Sequence record: SRR20825019_1399
DNA: 46,519 bases
Strand: one strand, 5' to 3'
A model generated the notes under the pieces. It did not search any database. It saw nothing but the letters and a program-made list of their open reading frames with translations, and had not been told where the DNA came from. The translations under genes were made by a program, and so were the position numbers. Of this stretch, positions 36,541 through 46,519 are shown in pieces (the stretch's first letter is position 1; each line of letters starts with the position of its first letter).

Positions 36541-36990
36541 TCAGGCCGCCTTCAGCATCTCGTAATGCGGGATGCCGTCCTCGTCATAGGGACCACGGAT
36601 AATTTCGTAGCCGACACTCAGGTAAAAATCCTTGAGATAGGCTTGCGCATTAAGCCTGATCGGCGTGTCCCCGTAGAGCGCGCGGGCACGGGCATGGCCC
36701 TCTTCCATCAGCTTGCGGGCAAGCCCCCTGCCCCGGGCCTCTGGCGTCACCAGCACCCGGCCGAGTGCGGGCTCGTCGTAATAATCGCCGGGGCCGAGAA
36801 CGCGCAGATAGGCGAGAAAAGTACCATCCTCAGCGCGCCCGATCAGGTGACGCGCCAGATGGTCCTTGCCGTCGATATCCGGATAAAAACATTTCTGCTC
36901 AAGAACGAAGACATCCTGACGCTGCCTCAGGATGTCATAGAGATCGGCGCAAGAGAGGCTTTCAAAGCTCTCGAATGTCCAATCAACCAT
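36541..36990 (-). CDS. elaA: ElaA-like GNAT N-acetyltransferase
   Basis: LYDILRQRQDVFVLEQKCFYPDIDGKD, GRVLV..ARGRGLA, AQAYLKDFY, YDEDGIPH. Confidence 0.88.
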   Translation of the reverse strand: MVDWTFESFESLSCADLYDILRQRQDVFVLEQKCFYPDIDGKDHLARHLIGRAEDGTFLAYLRVLGPGDYYDEPALGRVLVTPEARGRGLARKLMEEGHARARALYGDTPIRLNAQAYLKDFYLSVGYEIIRGPYDEDGIPHYEMLKAA

Positions 36991-37011
36991 GATCGGCTCC
37001 TTTACGGTGGA

Positions 37012-38127
37012 TCAAGAACGTCCTGCCTGTTTCCATAGCGCCGGATACCGCCTGCGGACAAGCGCGGAAACCGGAACGATCGCAAATCCGCGGGATAGCG
37101 CATCCGGTATCCAGTCCCGGAGCACAGTGATTGTCGCATCGTGCGGGTGACCGATAGCGATGGCGGCACCGGTCCTGAGAGCGATTTTCTCGACCTGTTC
37201 CAAGCGATACCGGACTTCCTCCGGAGAATCTTCGTTATCGAGGAAGACATCCCGGGTCAGCACGGGCACCCCGGCCGCCCGTGCCGTGCTGACGCCGGCG
37301 CTGTCCGGCGCCGTCATCGAATCGAGAAAAAACAGCCCCCGCCCGCCAAGCGCCGTCATCACGGCCTGCATACCGGCCTGATCCGTAGTGAAACGGCTGC
37401 CCATGTGATTGTTGACGCCGACATAGCCGCCAAACCTGGAAAGCCCCCATTCGAGCTTTTCGGCAAGCTGCACCGGCGTATCCCGCACCCGGAGAACCTT
37501 CGGGCCGGGATCCGCATCCGCGCTCTTCGGCTGCATCGGCACATGCACCATCAGCTCATGCCCTCCGGCCCGCGCGGCCGCGGTCTGTTTGTCCAGATCA
37601 TGGGCATAGGTCAGAAAAGACAGCGTCAGCGGCCCGGGCAGGGCAACCACGGCGTCAGAACGGCGCCGGTCGATCCCGACATCGTCGATCACCAACGCAA
37701 TCATTGGCTTGCTGGCTTCCGCCTTGTAGGCGACCGCGTTGCTGATCCAGGCCGGCGTTTTTGCAGGCATCAGATCCGTGACGGGAGGCCCAATGGGAGG
37801 AATTATTGCGGGCGCGGGCTTTGCCGTCTTTTCCGGCACCGGCTCCGCGACCTTGGCAATCAGCCGGTCGAGTGCAGCCTGATCAAGTGGTTTGGGCCCG
37901 GCAGGCTCGGGCGCTGGAAGTGCTGCCGTCTGGCGGGCAGACGCAGGCGATTTGTCCGGCACGGCATTCCCCTCGGACATTCCGGCTGGCATTTCTGCCG
38001 GTGGCTCCGCCCCGAACTGCATACCCGCCCAAAGCCCCACACCAAAGACGGCCAGCACGAATGCCCCTCCACCAACGGCGAGAGCAAGTGTGCTGATCCT
38101 GTTTTTATCTTTGCGTTTCCGCGCCAT
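37012..38127 (-). CDS. Divergent polysaccharide deacetylase family protein (YibQ-like), membrane-anchored
   Basis: [52 protein letters not shown]-terminal TM plus Pro/Ala linker. Confidence 0.9.
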   Translation of the reverse strand: MARKRKDKNRISTLALAVGGGAFVLAVFGVGLWAGMQFGAEPPAEMPAGMSEGNAVPDKSPASARQTAALPAPEPAGPKPLDQAALDRLIAKVAEPVPEKTAKPAPAIIPPIGPPVTDLMPAKTPAWISNAVAYKAEASKPMIALVIDDVGIDRRRSDAVVALPGPLTLSFLTYAHDLDKQTAAARAGGHELMVHVPMQPKSADADPGPKVLRVRDTPVQLAEKLEWGLSRFGGYVGVNNHMGSRFTTDQAGMQAVMTALGGRGLFFLDSMTAPDSAGVSTARAAGVPVLTRDVFLDNEDSPEEVRYRLEQVEKIALRTGAAIAIGHPHDATITVLRDWIPDALSRGFAIVPVSALVRRRYPALWKQAGRS

Positions 38128-38256
38128 GAACTGGTCCAAAAGGGTTTGCCAAGCCAAGCCTGCCGGGGCAGTCTCTATGCGCTCGCGCGGTGGCTTGCTA
38201 TAAACACTAGAAGAGCCTCCGATATTACATCAACACAATTCGATAAAAGTCTGAAA

Positions 38257-38889
38257 ATGTTCATACTTATCGACAATTACGATAGCTTCACCTACAATCT
38301 GTGGCACTTTCTCGGGTCACTGGGCGTGGAGGTGGTTGTTCACCGGAATGACCAGATCAGCACCGACGAGGTGATGGCGCAGAACCCGCAGGGCATTGTG
38401 CTTTCGCCCGGTCCGCGCGATCCGGACAGTGCCGGCATCTGCCTGGAGCTGATCGAGCGCTCCGCCGGGAAGGTTCCTGTGTTTGGCGTTTGCCTCGGGC
38501 TGCAGTCTATCGGACAGGCCTTCGGTGGCAAGATCACCCGCGGGCCGGTGCCGATGCACGGCAAGATCAGCCCGGTCACCCATACGGACAAGGGTGTGTT
38601 TCAAGGACTGCCAAGCCCGTTCGATGCGACCCGCTATCACTCCCTGGTCGTCGACCGGGCGAGCTTGCCGGACTGTCTCGAAATTACCGCCGAGACGGAA
38701 GACGGCATGATCATGGGCCTGCAGCACCGCGAGCTGCCGATCCATGGCGTCCAGTTCCATCCCGAGAGCATCGCCTCCGAGCATGGCCACAAGCTGCTAC
38801 AAAACTTCCTGCGGATTTCCGGCGTCAATGCCGAGCCGTTGAAGCCACTGGAACAGCTTGAATCGGAATTGCGGAAAACCGGAACATGA
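38257..38889 (+). CDS. trpG: Anthranilate synthase component II (glutamine amidotransferase)
   Basis: [39 protein letters not shown]. True start is the ATG at 38257. Confidence 0.95.
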   Translation: MFILIDNYDSFTYNLWHFLGSLGVEVVVHRNDQISTDEVMAQNPQGIVLSPGPRDPDSAGICLELIERSAGKVPVFGVCLGLQSIGQAFGGKITRGPVPMHGKISPVTHTDKGVFQGLPSPFDATRYHSLVVDRASLPDCLEITAETEDGMIMGLQHRELPIHGVQFHPESIASEHGHKLLQNFLRISGVNAEPLKPLEQLESELRKTGT

Positions 38890-39935
38890 GCGGCGACATA
38901 CAGGACATGAAGTCGCTGATCGGGCACGTGGCGACTGGCGCTTCGCTGTCGGAAGAACAGGCCGAAACGGCGTTCGACATCATCATGTCGGGCAATGCCA
39001 CACCGGCACAGATGGGCGGTTTCTTGATGGCCCTACGGGTCCGCGGCGAAACCGTCGAGGAAATTACAGGCGCCGCGAAGGCGATGCGGGCAAAAGCCCT
39101 GCGCGTCAGTGCGCCCGCCGATGCCATGGACACGGTCGGCACCGGCGGCGACGGAGCGAAGACCTACAACATCTCCTCCGCCAGCGCCTTTGTGCTGGCC
39201 GGGACGGGACAGCCGGTCGCGAAACACGGCAACCGCGCCCTCTCCTCCCGCACCGGCGCCGCCGACGTGCTGAGCGCGCTTGGCATCAATAACGAATGCG
39301 ACATGAGCCTGGTGCAGAAGGCCATTAACGATGCAGGCATCTGTTTCCTGATGGCACCGCGCCACCATTCCTCCATGCGCCATGTCGGCGGCACGCGCGT
39401 CGAACTCGGCACACGGACGATCTTCAACCTGCTCGGCCCGCTTTCCAACCCGGCCTTCGTGAAGCGCCAGCTCGTCGGCGTGTTCGCCCGTGAATGGGTG
39501 GAGCCGGTGGCACAGGTGCTGGGCAAGCTCGGCTCCGAACGGGCCTGGGTTGTGCACGGCTCCGATGGCCTCGATGAAATCACCACGACCGGCCCTACCT
39601 ATGTCTCCGCACTGGAGGATGGCAAGGTCCGCTCTTTCGAGATCTCTCCGGAAGATGCAGGCCTGCCTCTGGCAAAGCCGGAAGATCTCAAGGGCGGGGC
39701 CCCGGAAGAGAACGCGAAGGCCCTGCGCGACCTGCTGGAAGGTCAGACAGGCCCCTATCGCGACGTGGTACTGTTCAATACCGCAGCAGCCCTTATGGTT
39801 TCCGAAAAGGTCTCCAGCCTGAAAGACGGCGTTGCCATGGCCGCCGAGGCGATCGACAGCGGCAAGGCACTGGCGAAGCTCCTGGCGCTTGTCGCGGTGA
39901 CCAACTCGCTCAACAAGGCAACCGAAAATGAGTGA
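38886..39935 (+). CDS. trpD: Anthranilate phosphoribosyltransferase
   Basis: [49 protein letters not shown]. Confidence 0.97.
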   Translation: MSGDIQDMKSLIGHVATGASLSEEQAETAFDIIMSGNATPAQMGGFLMALRVRGETVEEITGAAKAMRAKALRVSAPADAMDTVGTGGDGAKTYNISSASAFVLAGTGQPVAKHGNRALSSRTGAADVLSALGINNECDMSLVQKAINDAGICFLMAPRHHSSMRHVGGTRVELGTRTIFNLLGPLSNPAFVKRQLVGVFAREWVEPVAQVLGKLGSERAWVVHGSDGLDEITTTGPTYVSALEDGKVRSFEISPEDAGLPLAKPEDLKGGAPEENAKALRDLLEGQTGPYRDVVLFNTAAALMVSEKVSSLKDGVAMAAEAIDSGKALAKLLALVAVTNSLNKATENE

Positions 39936-40734
39936 TATTCTCGCCAAGATCTGTGCCGACAAGCGTGAGCATATTGCCTCCTGCAAGGCCATCCGGCCGG
40001 TCGGCAAGCTGAAGTCGCATGTCAACGAGGCATCGGCACCGCGCGGGTTCGGAGCAGCCCTCAAAAGGGCCTCCCGGATTGGCTACGGGCTGATTGCCGA
40101 GGTCAAGAAAGCCTCGCCCAGCAAAGGCCTGATCCGCGCCGATTTCGACCCGCCACGGCTTGCCGAAGCTTATGCGGCAGGCGGCGCTACCTGTCTGTCC
40201 GTTCTGACGGACCAGCCCTATTTCCAGGGCCATGACGATTTCCTGATCGCGGCCCGGAATGCGGTGACGCTGCCGGTCCTGCGCAAGGATTTCATGCTCG
40301 ACCCCTACCAGGTCTGGGAAGCCCGTGCGCTTGGCGCCGACTGCATCCTGCTGATCATGGCCGCTCTCGAGGACGCACAGGCGGCTGATCTCGAAGCGCT
40401 GGCCATGGAGCTCGGCATGGATGTGCTGATCGAAGTGCATGACGGCTCGGAGTTGGACCGGGCTCTCGAGCTGAAATCACCGCTGCTCGGCGTCAATAAC
40501 CGCTACCTGAAAACCATGGTGACGGATATCGCGACCACAGAAGAACTCGCCGCGCGGGTTCCGGCGGACCGGACCCTGATTTCCGAAAGCGGCCTCTATG
40601 AGCCGTCCGACCTTGCCCGCATGGCTGCCGTTGGCGCACGCTGCTTCCTGGTTGGCGAAAGCCTGATGCGGCAAGAGGATGTGCGCCGCGCGACCGCAAT
40701 GCTTCTAAGCGACCCCGTACCGGCGGTCGCCTGA
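39928..40734 (+). CDS. trpC: Indole-3-glycerol phosphate synthase
   Basis: [43 protein letters not shown]. Confidence 0.97.
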   Translation: MSDILAKICADKREHIASCKAIRPVGKLKSHVNEASAPRGFGAALKRASRIGYGLIAEVKKASPSKGLIRADFDPPRLAEAYAAGGATCLSVLTDQPYFQGHDDFLIAARNAVTLPVLRKDFMLDPYQVWEARALGADCILLIMAALEDAQAADLEALAMELGMDVLIEVHDGSELDRALELKSPLLGVNNRYLKTMVTDIATTEELAARVPADRTLISESGLYEPSDLARMAAVGARCFLVGESLMRQEDVRRATAMLLSDPVPAVA

Positions 40735-40767
40735 GCGTCCCGCCCTTTAAGGCATACGGATAACAAG

Positions 40768-41244
40768 ATGAGTGAACTGACCCATTTCGACGAGCGCGGC
40801 AATGCCGCCATGGTCGATGTCGGCGACAAGGACATCACCGAGCGCACCGCCACGGCGGCCGGTACGGTGACCATGGCCTCCGAGACCATGAAGCTGATCG
40901 TCGATGGCGGTGTGAAAAAGGGCGATGTGCTCTCCGTTGCCCGCCTCGCCGGCATCATGGGCGCGAAGAAGACGCCGGACCTGATCCCTCTCTGTCATCC
41001 GCTCGCCCTCACCTCTGTCAAGGTCGAGCTGACCTGCGATACGGACCGCAATGCCGTCGATATCAGTGCCACCTGCAAGCTGAAGGGCCGCACCGGTGTC
41101 GAGATGGAAGCGCTGACCGCCGTCAGCGTCGCCGCCCTCACCGTCTATGACATGTGCAAGGCCGTGGACCGGGGCATGAAGCTCGAGAACATCCGTCTGA
41201 TCCATAAAGCGGGCGGCAAATCCGGAGACTGGCATGCCGAGTGA
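40768..41244 (+). CDS. moaC: Cyclic pyranopterin monophosphate synthase MoaC
   Basis: [47 protein letters not shown]. Confidence 0.97.
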   Translation: MSELTHFDERGNAAMVDVGDKDITERTATAAGTVTMASETMKLIVDGGVKKGDVLSVARLAGIMGAKKTPDLIPLCHPLALTSVKVELTCDTDRNAVDISATCKLKGRTGVEMEALTAVSVAALTVYDMCKAVDRGMKLENIRLIHKAGGKSGDWHAE

Positions 41245-42487
41245 TCTGCTGCCGGTCGAGGAAGCCCTGAACCGCATCCTTTCCGCGATGCCGCTCATGC
41301 CGGCCGAGGAAGTGCCGCTGACGGACGCCCACGGGCGCACCGCCGCCGCCGATATCGCCGCCCGGCGCACCCAGCCGCCGGAAGCGGTGTCCGCCATGGA
41401 TGGCTATGCCGTACGCGGCGCGGATGTAGCCGCAGCGGGCGCCAGACTGAAACGGATCGGCACCGCTCCTGCCGGGCATATCTTCGAAGGCACGGTCGGC
41501 CCCGGTGAGGCAGTCCGAATCTTCACAGGCGGCGCAGTGCCTGACGGCGCCGACACCATCGTCATCCAGGAAGACGTGAAAGCCAGCGCGGAAGAAGACG
41601 GGGCCACTCTCGAAATCACCGAGGCAACGAAGACCGGCGCCTATGTGCGCCCAGCCGGCCTCGATTTCCGGGAAGGCGATGTCCGGATCAAGACCGGACG
41701 CGTGCTGACCGCCCGTGATATCGGCATGGCCGCCGCAATGAACGTGCCTTGGATCGAAGTGCGCCGGAAACCGCGCGTGGCCATCCTGCCGACGGGAGAC
41801 GAGATCATCCGGCCCGGCGATCCGACAGGACCGAACAAGATCGTAAGTTCCAACAGCTACGCATTGGCGGCACTGGTCAGGGCTTGCGGCGGTGAGCCGA
41901 CCATTCTCGGCATCGCGCCGGATACCGTCGAGGGCCTGCAGGCCATGGTGCGCGGCGCCAAGGGTGCGGACATCCTGATCACGACCGGCGGCGCCTCCGT
42001 TGGCGAGCACGATCTTGTCCGCCACGCACTCGGCAGCGACAAATTCGGCCCGGGCGGACTTGAGCTTGATTTCTGGAAGATCGCCATGCGGCCCGGCAAG
42101 CCGCTGATTTTCGGCCATATTGGCGATACCCCGCTGCTTGGCCTGCCCGGCAACCCGGTTTCCACCATCGTCTGCGGCACGGTATTCCTGCGCCCGGCTA
42201 TCTCCGCCATGCTTGGCAGGACCGAACCGGACAACCGCACCCTGAAAGCGCGCCTCGCCATGCCGCTGAAGGAAAACGACCGGCGCCAGGACTATCTGCG
42301 CGCGACCTATCATCTGGATGAAAACGGCGAAGCCGTGGTCGAGATCTTCGAGCGGCAAGACAGCTCCATGCTGGCCCTGCTGGCCGATGCAAACTGTCTA
42401 CTGATCCGCCCGCCGCACGGCCCGGCGCTCTCTGCCGGCACCAAAGTCGATGTCCTTCCTCTTGGTATCGGCACCATTTCAATCTGA
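41234..42487 (+). CDS. moeA: Molybdopterin molybdotransferase MoeA (gephyrin-like)
   Basis: [55 protein letters not shown]. Confidence 0.96.
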   Translation: MPSDLLPVEEALNRILSAMPLMPAEEVPLTDAHGRTAAADIAARRTQPPEAVSAMDGYAVRGADVAAAGARLKRIGTAPAGHIFEGTVGPGEAVRIFTGGAVPDGADTIVIQEDVKASAEEDGATLEITEATKTGAYVRPAGLDFREGDVRIKTGRVLTARDIGMAAAMNVPWIEVRRKPRVAILPTGDEIIRPGDPTGPNKIVSSNSYALAALVRACGGEPTILGIAPDTVEGLQAMVRGAKGADILITTGGASVGEHDLVRHALGSDKFGPGGLELDFWKIAMRPGKPLIFGHIGDTPLLGLPGNPVSTIVCGTVFLRPAISAMLGRTEPDNRTLKARLAMPLKENDRRQDYLRATYHLDENGEAVVEIFERQDSSMLALLADANCLLIRPPHGPALSAGTKVDVLPLGIGTISI

Positions 42488-42507
42488 TCTCCCGCTCGAT
42501 CAGAGGC

Positions 42508-42560
42508 TTGACGCAGAACAGGAACCAAAGTAGAACATTTGAAATGTTTATCTTTTGTTC
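42508..42560 (+). promoter_or_regulatory. lexA promoter with alphaproteobacterial SOS boxes
   Basis: -35 TTGACG (42508) and -10-like TAGAAC (42531) with a 17-bp spacer. GAAC-N7-GAAC at 42522-42536 and near-match GTTT-N7-GTTC at 42546-42560. Confidence 0.8.
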
Positions 42561-42587
42561 CTAACGGAACCAGTGCGGGAGTCCCTG

Positions 42588-43355
42588 ATGCTCACAAAGA
42601 AGCAGCACCAACTGTTGCTATTCATCCAGAAACGGCTGGAAGAGAACGGCGTCTCCCCTTCTTTCGACGAGATGAAGGACGCACTGGACCTGAAATCAAA
42701 GTCAGGTATTCATCGGCTGATCACCGCACTGGAAGAGCGCGGCTTCATCCGGCGCCTGCCGCACAGGGCCCGTGCTCTCGAGATATTGCGCACGCCCGAT
42801 TCAAGCGCAACGGTTCCGGCCCAGGCGGACACAATGCATCCCGCTGCACTGGATCGTTCGGCCAGCCGTGGCTTTACCCCGAATGTCATCCCTGGAAATT
42901 TCGCCCGCGCCTCCCGCAATGACGAAGATGTTTCCAGACAGGCTCCGGCGGAAGTCACGCATTCTGACGAAGAGATGATCGATCTTCCCATGCTGGGGCG
43001 GATTGCAGCCGGCACACCGATCGAAGCACTGCGGGACAATAGTGCACGCATCGGCATTCCCGGTTCCATGATCAGGGCGGGAGAACATTACGCGCTGGAG
43101 GTTTCCGGTGATTCCATGGTCGATGCCGGTATCCTCGATGGCGATACGGTTGTCATCAAACGCGGCGATACCGCCGAAAATGGCAGTATTGTCGTTGCCC
43201 TCGTGGACGAGCATGAAGTCACGCTGAAAAGGCTCCGCCGGCGCGGCCATGCCATTGCGCTGGAGCCAGCCAACCCGAATTACGAGACGCGGATATTCGG
43301 CCCGGATCAGGTCCGGATTCAGGGCAGTCTCGTCGGGTTGATGCGGAAATATTGA
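42588..43355 (+). CDS. lexA: SOS repressor LexA
   Basis: [30 protein letters not shown], cleavage site [12 protein letters not shown] (Ser), TLKR (Lys). GGGAG RBS before ATG 42588. Confidence 0.97.
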   Translation: MLTKKQHQLLLFIQKRLEENGVSPSFDEMKDALDLKSKSGIHRLITALEERGFIRRLPHRARALEILRTPDSSATVPAQADTMHPAALDRSASRGFTPNVIPGNFARASRNDEDVSRQAPAEVTHSDEEMIDLPMLGRIAAGTPIEALRDNSARIGIPGSMIRAGEHYALEVSGDSMVDAGILDGDTVVIKRGDTAENGSIVVALVDEHEVTLKRLRRRGHAIALEPANPNYETRIFGPDQVRIQGSLVGLMRKY

Positions 43356-43364
43356 GGCCGGCGA

Positions 43365-43679
43365 TTAGCCGGCGTTCGCGCCCCAGATCACACCAAGATC
43401 GGCGATCTTCACTTCTGGCTGCGGCTTGTTGCGTGCCCGGACGGAAAGGACGTGGCGCCGTTCTTCCTGCGCCTTGTTGATCGCGACACTCTTGATCTCA
43501 CGCCGGTTGGTCAGCGGGATTTGGTCGAAAACCGACGTCGCCCATTCATGGCGCGCTTCGTTTCCTTCTTCGTCGGAAGCCTTCTTGATCGCGATATAGG
43601 CAAGGTTCTTGGTGCCGACAACATCGGAGACCGAGTCAGCCAGAATGCTCAGAGCCCGCTTTTTCAAAGTATCCGACAC
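43365..43679 (-). CDS. Hypothetical small helical protein
   Basis: Open frame with host-like codon usage filling the lexA-comEC gap. GGAAGG/GGTG RBS-like sequence before GTG 43679; start uncertain (43679-43697). Confidence 0.65.
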   Translation of the reverse strand: MSDTLKKRALSILADSVSDVVGTKNLAYIAIKKASDEEGNEARHEWATSVFDQIPLTNRREIKSVAINKAQEERRHVLSVRARNKPQPEVKIADLGVIWGANAG

Positions 43680-43763
43680 TGGCACATCACCTTCCAAAAA
43701 ACGCCGCCTGCATAATAAAGATAATTATTTTGACTAAACTTATCTCTTTTTTCGCATAAAAAT

Positions 43764-45857
43764 TCAATTTGTTTTATAGCGCAGACGCTTCGTCACGCTG
43801 GACCAGGGCCTGTTCCCTTGGATGTCTCTTGAATATATCACTTTGGGCACCGGTTCATCCAGCCAGATCGCGATGGAACCGCCGGGTCTGATCTGCTTCG
43901 GCCCGACGATCAAACGCGGAGCCGGACAGATGTCCGGCACACGAATGCGGGTCACGAGAACGTCCGCCCTCAGACAATCCTCGGAAAGTGATTGCGCGTC
44001 CGACGACCAGGCCACAGCCCCCAGCCGCGATGCGGTGATGGCACATCCCAGACTGTCGCAATTGAACCTGGATGACAGCTTCGGTTCGCCCTCCCGCATA
44101 TCCGGCAACCCTGCGCGGCGGCGCCAGACTCCGGCAGAAAACCCGGAACGGCCGGAGGTTGTGACGATCTGCGCCTCCGAAATGACACCGACCATCCGGG
44201 CACGATCCGCAATCAGCAGGTCGGGTGAGTCCCAGGGCCCCACCAGCAGCACAGCCAGACAGACGGCAAGAACGGGAGCCGCGCCGAGCCGCAAGCGGCC
44301 ACGGAACAGGCAGAGCCAAAGACCGGCGCATGCCGTAAACCCGATAACCCATCCGGGTGCCGCCGCGACCGCATGCGTTGCATGCGGCCAGCCCTGAACG
44401 AGTGTGGCAAGACGAAGCACGCCATCGATGCCCCATCCCATCGCGACCAATGCAGCCCCCTCCAGCTCGAATGGCATCAGAAGCAAGACCGCCACGCCGA
44501 ACGGCATGATCCAGAGGCTCGCCGCCGGAACGGCAAGCAGATTGGCCGCAACGCCATAAAGCGCGGCTTTCTGAAAATGATACAGCGCCAGCGGCAGCGT
44601 GGCAGTCGAGGCGACAAGGGAGCTGAGAGCGAGCAGAACGACATACCGGGTAAAGCCGACAAACGGACGGCCCCGCACCGGATACCGGCTCCAGACACCG
44701 GTCTCATAAACGGCGACGAGGCAAGTGACTGCTGCGAACGACAACTGAAAACTTGCGCCCAGCACATATTCGGGACGCACCGCCATGATACTCGCCGCGG
44801 CGGTTGCGATCAGGCGCATGGAAATCGCCCGCCGGCCAATCACAACACCGATCAACACGGCTAATGTCATGATATAGGCACGTTGCGTCGGCACCGAAGC
44901 CCCGGACAACAGCAGGTAAGCCGTCGCAAACAATATCGCTCCCGCTGCCGCGACTCTCCTTGTTGGCCAGAGCAATGCCGTCTTTGCATTGAGGCTCAAC
45001 AGCAGGCGGATAAAGAAAAAGACACAGCCCGCGACAAGCCCCATATGCAACCCGGAGATCGCCAGCAAATGCGCGATCCCCACATCGCGCATGGCCTCTG
45101 TCGCACTCTCGGAGATCCAGTCCCGGTCACCGACAAGCAAAGCTGCGGCGAGCGCGCCGGTATCCCCCGGAAGCCGCGCCCTGATTCGGTCCGAAAGCGT
45201 GGTACGAAGGGCCGCAAGCCTGCCGGACCAAGGCACCTCCCCCCGCGCCTCGACGGTCAACGGGCCAAGGGCAAAGCCTACGGCGCCGATCCCGTCGAAA
45301 TAAAGCGCCCTCTGGAAATCATATGCATAGGGAGAGACCGGCGGCGGCGGCGGCTTGAAACGCCCGAAAACCTTGATTCGCGAGCCTGCGGATGGTGCCT
45401 TGTCCCGCTTCAGCAACAGCACTCGTACCCGGCCGGGCCGTTGTTCCGGCTCAATACGGCCAAACTGCTCCACCCGCACGATCAGCCGCTCACCACGGGA
45501 TGTGACCCGCACCTCCTCCACCATTCCGGTGAGAGAAACCGCCATTTCCCGCTTCAAAACCGGCGCCGCAACCTGCCAGGCCCGCGCTTGCGCAGCCGAA
45601 AACCCGACGACAACAGCCAGAGCTGCTATCAGGCAAAAGACGGAAGCCGTGGAGTGCCGGGTGACCAGCAGAAACAGGGCAAGAAGGACAAACAATCCAG
45701 GCCCGATCCAGAGCGGCGGCTCGAAAGACAGCTCGAAATAGCCGAAGATACCAATGCCAAATGCAACAGGCAGCCAGAGCCCGGCGCGCGGCCTGTTCTC
45801 CGCCAAAACGCCCTCCCACCAGCCGCAAGCCCGCGCAAACAGCAAGCCCCTCGTCAC
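43764..45857 (-). CDS. comEC: ComEC/Rec2 competence membrane protein
   Basis: [59 protein letters not shown]. Start uncertain (45857-45932). Confidence 0.92.
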   Translation of the reverse strand: MTRGLLFARACGWWEGVLAENRPRAGLWLPVAFGIGIFGYFELSFEPPLWIGPGLFVLLALFLLVTRHSTASVFCLIAALAVVVGFSAAQARAWQVAAPVLKREMAVSLTGMVEEVRVTSRGERLIVRVEQFGRIEPEQRPGRVRVLLLKRDKAPSAGSRIKVFGRFKPPPPPVSPYAYDFQRALYFDGIGAVGFALGPLTVEARGEVPWSGRLAALRTTLSDRIRARLPGDTGALAAALLVGDRDWISESATEAMRDVGIAHLLAISGLHMGLVAGCVFFFIRLLLSLNAKTALLWPTRRVAAAGAILFATAYLLLSGASVPTQRAYIMTLAVLIGVVIGRRAISMRLIATAAASIMAVRPEYVLGASFQLSFAAVTCLVAVYETGVWSRYPVRGRPFVGFTRYVVLLALSSLVASTATLPLALYHFQKAALYGVAANLLAVPAASLWIMPFGVAVLLLMPFELEGAALVAMGWGIDGVLRLATLVQGWPHATHAVAAAPGWVIGFTACAGLWLCLFRGRLRLGAAPVLAVCLAVLLVGPWDSPDLLIADRARMVGVISEAQIVTTSGRSGFSAGVWRRRAGLPDMREGEPKLSSRFNCDSLGCAITASRLGAVAWSSDAQSLSEDCLRADVLVTRIRVPDICPAPRLIVGPKQIRPGGSIAIWLDEPVPKVIYSRDIQGNRPWSSVTKRLRYKTN

Positions 45858-45965
45858 GGTCCAATCTCGCACTGCACCAGCCAATGTGCTACACAGCCCC
45901 GCGCCCCCAGGCCAAGATGGCCGGGGGCTCACCCTTTGCCCAACAAATCACGAGAAAACAGCTCC

Positions 45966-46519
45966 ATGTCCGTCGTCACGCGCTTTGCCCCGTCACCAAC
46001 CGGTTTCCTCCACATTGGTGGCGCAAGGACCGCGCTCTATAACTGGCTCTATGCGCGGCACACGGGCGGAAAATATCTGGTCCGGATTGAGGATACCGAC
46101 AAAGCACGCTCCACCCCGGAAGCCGTGCAGGCGATTTTTGACGGTCTTGCATGGCTTGGCCTGCTCGGCGACGAGGAGCCTGTCTATCAGTCGGCCCAGC
46201 TTAACCGGCACGCGGAGGTGGCAAAGGAGCTGGTCGCCAAGGGCCGGGCCTATTACTGCTACTGCACGCCCGAAGAACTCCAGACCATGCGCGAAGAGGC
46301 CAAGGCTGCCGGCAAGCCGATGCGGTACAACGGCATGTGGCGCGACCGAGACCCCTCCGAGGCACCAGCCGGCGTCGATCCGGTTGTACGGCTGAAAGCG
46401 CCGCTTGAAGGCGAAACGACGCTGGTCGACCACATCCAGGGCGAAGTTACCGTACAAAACGAGCAGCTTGACGATTTCGTGCTGCTGCGCGGCGACGGCA
46501 CCCCGACCTACATGCTGTC
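45966..46519 (+). CDS. gltX: Glutamate--tRNA ligase (3'-truncated by window edge; absent from the ORF track)
   Basis: Manual translation [27 protein letters not shown]...RIEDTD...AYYCYC...[17 protein letters not shown]. Confidence 0.97.
   Translation, partial: MSVVTRFAPSPTGFLHIGGARTALYNWLYARHTGGKYLVRIEDTDKARSTPEAVQAIFDGLAWLGLLGDEEPVYQSAQLNRHAEVAKELVAKGRAYYCYCTPEELQTMREEAKAAGKPMRYNGMWRDRDPSEAPAGVDPVVRLKAPLEGETTLVDHIQGEVTVQNEQLDDFVLLRGDGTPTYML

Noticed and set aside
37141..38256. Apparent 372-aa N-terminal extension or fusion on TrpG
   Set aside because: It is the antisense frame of the yibQ-like gene. TrpG homology begins at [11 protein letters not shown] (38257).
32980..40520. Odd single substitutions in conserved motifs (PpdK DPPLNEFLP versus usual ..LHEFLP; TrpC NNRYL versus usual NNRD/NL)
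   Set aside because: Isolated single-base changes that cannot be distinguished from natural variation or sequencing error. Frames and catalytic residues are intact.
40768..42487. moaC-moeA as dedicated FDH maturation genes
   Set aside because: They belong to the widely conserved trpC-moaC-moeA-lexA block, so proximity to fdh is probably coincidental.
1..46519. CRISPR arrays, IS elements/integrases, tRNA/rRNA genes, tandem repeat arrays, defence systems
   Set aside because: No regularly spaced repeats, transposase/integrase motifs or structural RNA signatures were seen on reading either strand.

Overview
A GC-rich alphaproteobacterial chromosomal segment, Rhodospirillales-like by gene order (inference). 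In order it holds: the end of the fixGHIS/ccoGHIS cbb3-oxidase maturation operon; an exported esterase; a DUF2189-type membrane protein behind a perfect FNR/FixK box; a peptide-type ABC transporter without ATPase genes; pmtA, hspQ and an MFS permease; a lower-GC five-gene phosphorelay cluster (two PAS kinases, a single-domain receiver, a stand-alone Hpt and an Hpt/pseudo-receiver fusion); a DUF2336-type protein; a Tat-exported MBL hydrolase and pcaD; a TctCBA transporter divergent from a two-subunit NAD-linked formate dehydrogenase plus USP; ppdK; an orphan secreted Cys-containing protein; an atypical GGT-family enzyme; elaA and yibQ; and the conserved trpGDC-moaC-moeA-lexA-comEC-gltX block. 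The best candidate for an undescribed system is the output-less phosphorelay at 12.2-18.3 kb, in which one kinase carries a FixL-type heme-PAS signature. Second is the TTT/FDH divergon with repeated GntR-type operators. No mobile elements, CRISPR arrays, rRNA or tRNA genes were seen. All family assignments come from motif recognition by eye, not from database searches.
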